Positions 39,167 to 43,420 of a DNA stretch of 43,420 nucleotides are shown here, in pieces. Where the stretch lies: UHGV virus genome UHGV-1685692; one strand, written 5' to 3'. Below the pieces are notes generated by a model. That model was not told the origin of the DNA, ran no database searches, and saw nothing but the letters and a program-made list of their open reading frames with translations. Position numbers and translations under genes: made by a program. The DNA is from a virus. Each line of letters begins with the position of its first letter. Within the stretch, counting starts at the first letter, position 1.

Positions 39167-39601
39167 ATGTCTGACGTCTCAACAAACCTCTATAAGAGTC
39201 AGTTGTTGGACTATTACTATCAGCGGCGCGCTGAATCGTCCATTAACAAAGGCTCTCGATTTTTAATCAGCAAGGCCGTTTTCGGTACCAGTTCACTGGT
39301 TACTAAGAAAGGAGATGGCACTTATGAGATTGGAGAACTGCCAAAGGCTTTCGAGCTGGCAGAACTGACCAGTAAATTTTGCACCATCAACCTCGTCCCA
39401 ACCTACTCAGGCGGGATAATTACTGTCCGAATGGACCTTGATCAAAGCCAGTTGCAGAAAGGGAAAAACTACCCATTCAACACTCTGGTTGTTCTGGATA
39501 ACGAGAACAAGCCAATCGCCATTATTTGTGTCCAGGAAGACTCGCTGTATGTGGGCAAAACATATACCGCAGTTATGGCCATAAACACGACTACAGCATA
39601 A
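39167..39601 (+). CDS. hypothetical tail-fibre-associated protein (position of P1 R upstream of the fibre gene)
   Basis: 144-aa ORF directly upstream of the fibre gene; no motif. Confidence 0.4.
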   Translation: MSDVSTNLYKSQLLDYYYQRRAESSINKGSRFLISKAVFGTSSLVTKKGDGTYEIGELPKAFELAELTSKFCTINLVPTYSGGIITVRMDLDQSQLQKGKNYPFNTLVVLDNENKPIAIICVQEDSLYVGKTYTAVMAINTTTA

Positions 39602-39612
39602 GGATATGCTTG

Positions 39613-42600
39613 ATGAATGACGTTACAGTTGTCACATCGGTTACTTACCCATCACCCGAGTCGTTGGCTCTGGTGGCTGATGTGCAATACCACGAACCAT
39701 ATCTGTCAGCCGCGCTAAACCGAAAATTCAGGGGAATTGTTGACCCTGGATTTTATGCCGGTTTTTTTCCTAAGCCTGGCGGTGGGATGAACCTGTTAAT
39801 CACCTCAGTGGATGGTGATAAAACCGCTGGCGCGGCGTCAGTGAATATTGGTGAATTCTACCAGGTAACTATTCAGCAGCGTAAGGATATTTCTCTTGCA
39901 CTTAGCGCAGGTAAGAAATATGCAATTGTGCTGAAGGGAAGATACCTCCTTGGAGAAGATTCTTATCAGGTTAATACCGCGTCACATATTCATGCGGCTG
40001 AATTTGTTGCCAGAACCTATACCGATTCATATCAGTTAGGAGATGGAGAACTGCTTGTTTGTACGGTGAATATCCCTGCTGGCGTATCTGCTATTACTAA
40101 GGAAATGATAGATGTATCCGACCGCATCGATCTCGCGATAGGCATTGAAATTTCCGACTCTGTAACCAGTACCAGAAGTGATGTCGCTGCAAGTTCGCTG
40201 GCGGTTAAAAAAGCCTACGATCTGGCTAAAAGCAAGTATACGGCGCAGGATGCAAGCACAACACAAAAGGGATTAGTTCAGCTCAGTAGCGCAACTAACA
40301 GCGACAGCGAAACAATGGCGGCTACCCCTAAAGCCGTTAAGTCTGTAAAAGAGCTGGCTGATACCAAAGCGCCAATAGAAAGCCCGAGTCTGACAGGAAC
40401 GCCAACCGCGCCGACGGCAGCGCAAGGTACAAACAGCACGCAGATCGCAAATACAGCCTTTGTTAAGGCAGCTATAACGGCACTTATCAACGGTGCACCT
40501 GGCACTCTGGATACGCTTAAAGAAATAGCTGCTGCGATCAATAACGACCCGAATTTCAGCACAACTATCAACAATGCTCTGGCTCTTAAAGCTCCTTTAG
40601 CAAGTCCTGCATTAACGGGAATACCTACTGCGCCTACCGCTGCACAGGGTACGAATAACACGCAGATTGCTACGACCGCTTATGTAAGAGCTGCTATCTC
40701 TGCATTGGTCGGCTCATCACCTGAAGCTCTTGATACCCTGAATGAGCTTGCAGCAGCACTGGGCAATGACCCGAACTTTGCGACAACAATGACAAATGCG
40801 CTGGCAGGCAAACAGCCTCTGGATGCAACTTTAACCGCGCTTGCTGGTCTTGCGACAGGCGCAAATAAATTGCCGTACTTTACCGGTACAGACACTGTTT
40901 CCCAGACTGATTTAACGTCAGTCGGTCGCGATATCCTGGCTAAAACAAGCACACTGGCTGTTATCCAATACCTTGGTTTAAGAGAAATCGGAACCAGCGG
41001 CGAAAAGATCCCCCTGTTGAGCACAGCTAATACCTGGAGTTCTCAACAGACTTTCAAAGGTAAGACAGCGTTTTCAGCCGCTGCTACATTCAGTGCCGGG
41101 ATAGCAGGAGCCATCGAGCCGGAAGCCATTGACGGCCGGACTATTGATTTAAACGACTTGATTATTGCTAATACAGAAGCTGGATCCGTTAAATACTATC
41201 AATGCAAAACTGTCGCAGGTGGTGCAAATATTACCAATAAGCCTGACGGCGTAAGCGGTAACTTTTTGGTTCGTGTAGAGTCGATTCGTAAGACTACGGG
41301 ATCAGATTATGCGAACATGCAAACGCTGATTAACAGCGATACAAAACGTATATACGTTCGCTTTGTTGTTAATGGAAACTGGACAGCGTGGAGTCAGGTT
41401 GTTGTTTCCGGATGGGGTCAGGATGTAAGTGTTAAGTCTCTTAGTGCCGTGGCTCTTAGTGGATCTTTGACAGGTAATGCATCCACCGCCACAAAACTGC
41501 AAACAGCACGCACAATCGGCGGAGTGTCGTTCGATGGTAGTGCCAATATCGACCTGCCGGGCGTGAATAAAGCAGGTAATCAGAGCACTACCGGTAATGC
41601 TGCAACCGCTACGAAACTGCAAACAGCCCGCACAATCAACGGTGTTAAGTTTGATGGTTCTGCGAACATTTCGATACCAACAATTACGTCCAGAGGGCGT
41701 GTTACTGCGCTCACCGATGCAACACAAGGTGCTGCTACTGGATTGCAGATGTATGAGGCGTACAACAATAGCTACCCGACCGCGTATGGCAACGTATTGC
41801 ACATGAAAGGTGCGAGTGCTGCTGGTGAGGGCGAGTTGCTTATTGGCTGGAGTGGTACGAGCGGTGCACATGCGCCGGTTTTCATTCGCTCCCGAAGAGA
41901 TTACGCTGGTGCGGCATGGTCAGCGTGGGCGCAGGTATATACATCAAGGGACTCCATTCCTGGTGTGAATGCCACTGGCAATCAGAATACAACTGGCAAT
42001 GCAGCAACTGCTACAAAACTACAGACGGCAAGAACTATCGGCGGAGTTAGCTTTGATGGTACTGCGAATATTAATTTGCCAGGTGTTAATACGACTGGTA
42101 ATCAGAATACAACAGGTAATGCGGCTACTGCTACGAAGTTGCAGACTGCGCGTACTATTAATGGGGTGTCGTTTGACGGTTCTAAAAACATTGAGCTAAC
42201 TCCAAGGTCTATAGGCACGATCAACTCAACAACAATGTCTTTTAGTGGCGGTACTGGATGGTTCAAGCTGGCAACTGTAACCATGCCACAGTCCAGTTCC
42301 GTGGTTTACATAAGCCTGATTGGTGGTGCAGGGTATAACGTTGGCTCCCCGCAGCAAGCTGGTATATCTGAACTTGTTCTTCGTGCGGGAAATGGAAATC
42401 CAAAAGGTCTTACTGGTGCGTTATGGCGACGGGCATCGGTTGGATTTACTAATTTTGCATGGGTGAATACATCCGGTGATACCTATGATGTTTATGTTGA
42501 AATAGGTAATCACGCTATAGGTGTAAATATCCAGTGGGATTATACCAGGAACGCCAGCGTAACGATTCATACATCACCAACTTATACAGCGGATAAACCA

Positions 42601-43420
42601 ACCGGTCTTACTGATGGAACGGTATATGTCATTTACAGTTCGCACATTAAACCGACTGCCACGGATGTCGGCGCATTACCAATAACCGGAGGAAATCTCA
42701 AAGGCGGTTTAACGGCTACTGGTGAGATCATTTCAAAATCGGCGAATGGTCTGCGCATTGCCTATGGGAGCTACGGATTCTTTATCCGAAACGATGGTTC
42801 AAACACATATTTCATGTTGACCAATTCGGGTAATAGCCTGGGAACCTATAATAATTTAAGGCCGCTTATCATTAACAATGCCAATGGTACTGTTACGATC
42901 GGTAATGGACTCAATGTTACTGGCGGCATCAATGGTAGTTTGAACGGTAATGCTGCAACTGCAACAAAACTGCAAACAGCACGCACAATAGGCGGAGTGT
43001 CATTCGATGGTAGTGCCAATATCGACCTGCCAGGTGTGAATAAAACAGGTAATCAGAGCACTACCGGCAATGCTGCAACTGCAACAAAACTGCAAACAGC
43101 ACGCACAATAGGCGGAGTGTCATTCGATGGTAGTGCCAATATCGACCTGCCGGGCGTGAATAAAGCAGGTAATCAGAGCACTACCGGTAATGCCGCAACC
43201 GCAACGAAACTACAGACTGCACGCACTATCAACGGTGTTAAGTTTGATGGTTCTGCAAATATTACTTTAACTGCTGCTAACCTTGGCCTGAGCGATTCAA
43301 GCGGATATGTTGGGCGTTTGGTGAATACCCGGGTTTTCACTTCATCAGGTACGTATACCCCAACCCCAGGAACAAAACGGATCAGGGTCACAATAACGGG
43401 CGGCGGTGGCGGAGGGGGCG
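39613..43420 (+). CDS. tail fibre protein (S/gp37/gpH-like), 3' end beyond the window; not listed in the ORF track because no stop is reached
   Basis: Hand translation from ATG 39613 is open through 43419 (more than 1269 codons); contains the fibre motif QKGLVQLSSATNSDSETMAATPKAVK, seven Phage_fiber_2-type repeats (GNAATATKLQTARTI.GV.FDGSANI) and a terminal ...GTKRIRVTITGGGGGGG. Confidence 0.8.
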   Translation, partial: MNDVTVVTSVTYPSPESLALVADVQYHEPYLSAALNRKFRGIVDPGFYAGFFPKPGGGMNLLITSVDGDKTAGAASVNIGEFYQVTIQQRKDISLALSAGKKYAIVLKGRYLLGEDSYQVNTASHIHAAEFVARTYTDSYQLGDGELLVCTVNIPAGVSAITKEMIDVSDRIDLAIGIEISDSVTSTRSDVAASSLAVKKAYDLAKSKYTAQDASTTQKGLVQLSSATNSDSETMAATPKAVKSVKELADTKAPIESPSLTGTPTAPTAAQGTNSTQIANTAFVKAAITALINGAPGTLDTLKEIAAAINNDPNFSTTINNALALKAPLASPALTGIPTAPTAAQGTNNTQIATTAYVRAAISALVGSSPEALDTLNELAAALGNDPNFATTMTNALAGKQPLDATLTALAGLATGANKLPYFTGTDTVSQTDLTSVGRDILAKTSTLAVIQYLGLREIGTSGEKIPLLSTANTWSSQQTFKGKTAFSAAATFSAGIAGAIEPEAIDGRTIDLNDLIIANTEAGSVKYYQCKTVAGGANITNKPDGVSGNFLVRVESIRKTTGSDYANMQTLINSDTKRIYVRFVVNGNWTAWSQVVVSGWGQDVSVKSLSAVALSGSLTGNASTATKLQTARTIGGVSFDGSANIDLPGVNKAGNQSTTGNAATATKLQTARTINGVKFDGSANISIPTITSRGRVTALTDATQGAATGLQMYEAYNNSYPTAYGNVLHMKGASAAGEGELLIGWSGTSGAHAPVFIRSRRDYAGAAWSAWAQVYTSRDSIPGVNATGNQNTTGNAATATKLQTARTIGGVSFDGTANINLPGVNTTGNQNTTGNAATATKLQTARTINGVSFDGSKNIELTPRSIGTINSTTMSFSGGTGWFKLATVTMPQSSSVVYISLIGGAGYNVGSPQQAGISELVLRAGNGNPKGLTGALWRRASVGFTNFAWVNTSGDTYDVYVEIGNHAIGVNIQWDYTRNASVTIHTSPTYTADKPTGLTDGTVYVIYSSHIKPTATDVGALPITGGNLKGGLTATGEIISKSANGLRIAYGSYGFFIRNDGSNTYFMLTNSGNSLGTYNNLRPLIINNANGTVTIGNGLNVTGGINGSLNGNAATATKLQTARTIGGVSFDGSANIDLPGVNKTGNQSTTGNAATATKLQTARTIGGVSFDGSANIDLPGVNKAGNQSTTGNAATATKLQTARTINGVKFDGSANITLTAANLGLSDSSGYVGRLVNTRVFTSSGTYTPTPGTKRIRVTITGGGGGGG
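41461..43260 (+). repeat. seven copies of an about 120-bp tail-fibre repeat unit (two as a near-identical tandem pair)
   Basis: Units begin near 41461, 41581, 41985, 42105, 42940, 43060, 43180; the copies at 42940 and 43060 are almost identical at the nucleotide level; they also generate spurious antisense ORFs sharing AEPSNLTPLIVRAVC. Confidence 0.75.

Noticed and set aside
40278-43391. Minus-strand ORFs in the fibre gene (40278-40661, 40680-41024, 41302-41871, 41580-41768, 42102-42284, 43173-43391); fibre repeats considered as CRISPR
   Set aside because: Antisense to the continuous fibre frame; three share the same repeat-derived peptide. The about 120-bp units are coding Phage_fiber_2-type repeats without spacers, not a CRISPR array.

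Overview
This window reads as a segment of a P1-family phage-plasmid (enterobacterial), called from sequence and from recalled P1 biology without any database search. The backbone I can support: (i) a baseplate operon ending in a gpV-like spike (389-2583); (ii) a convergent minus-strand operon under a C1-type operator carrying tRNA-Asn, tRNA-Thr, degenerate tRNA-like repeats, a small membrane protein, an SPFH lipoprotein, tRNA-Ile2(CAU), a DnaB paralog (ban) and a coupled GT4-like glycosyltransferase (2631-8194); (iii) a C1-controlled operon with an RdgC homolog and a fused C5-cytosine/N6-adenine methyltransferase (8185-11470); (iv) a PAAR-like protein, a Gly/Ser-linker protein and an overlapped Rz/Rz1 spanin pair (11552-13665); (v) a P1-type plasmid replicon and partition system: DnaA box, GATC cluster, 5 iterons, repA, inverted iteron array, parA, parB, parS (13719-18471); (vi) late structural genes: head-protein candidate, tail sheath, tube-like proteins (18595-23914); (vii) a visibly AT-rich two-gene cassette downstream of repL (23960-25730); (viii) the kilA-repL lytic replicon and an ant/icd/c4-like immunity region, each with a C1 operator (25797-29229); (ix) two secreted proteins, tail assembly genes, a ~1246-aa tape-measure/lytic-transglycosylase protein (sit), baseplate wedge genes, and a >1269-aa tail fibre gene that runs off the window and is absent from the ORF track (29326-43420). 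The most interesting candidates for an undescribed system are the AT-rich DUF3800-like cassette, a two-gene insertion between the incA iterons and parA, and a secreted protein that copies a segment of the injected tape-measure protein.
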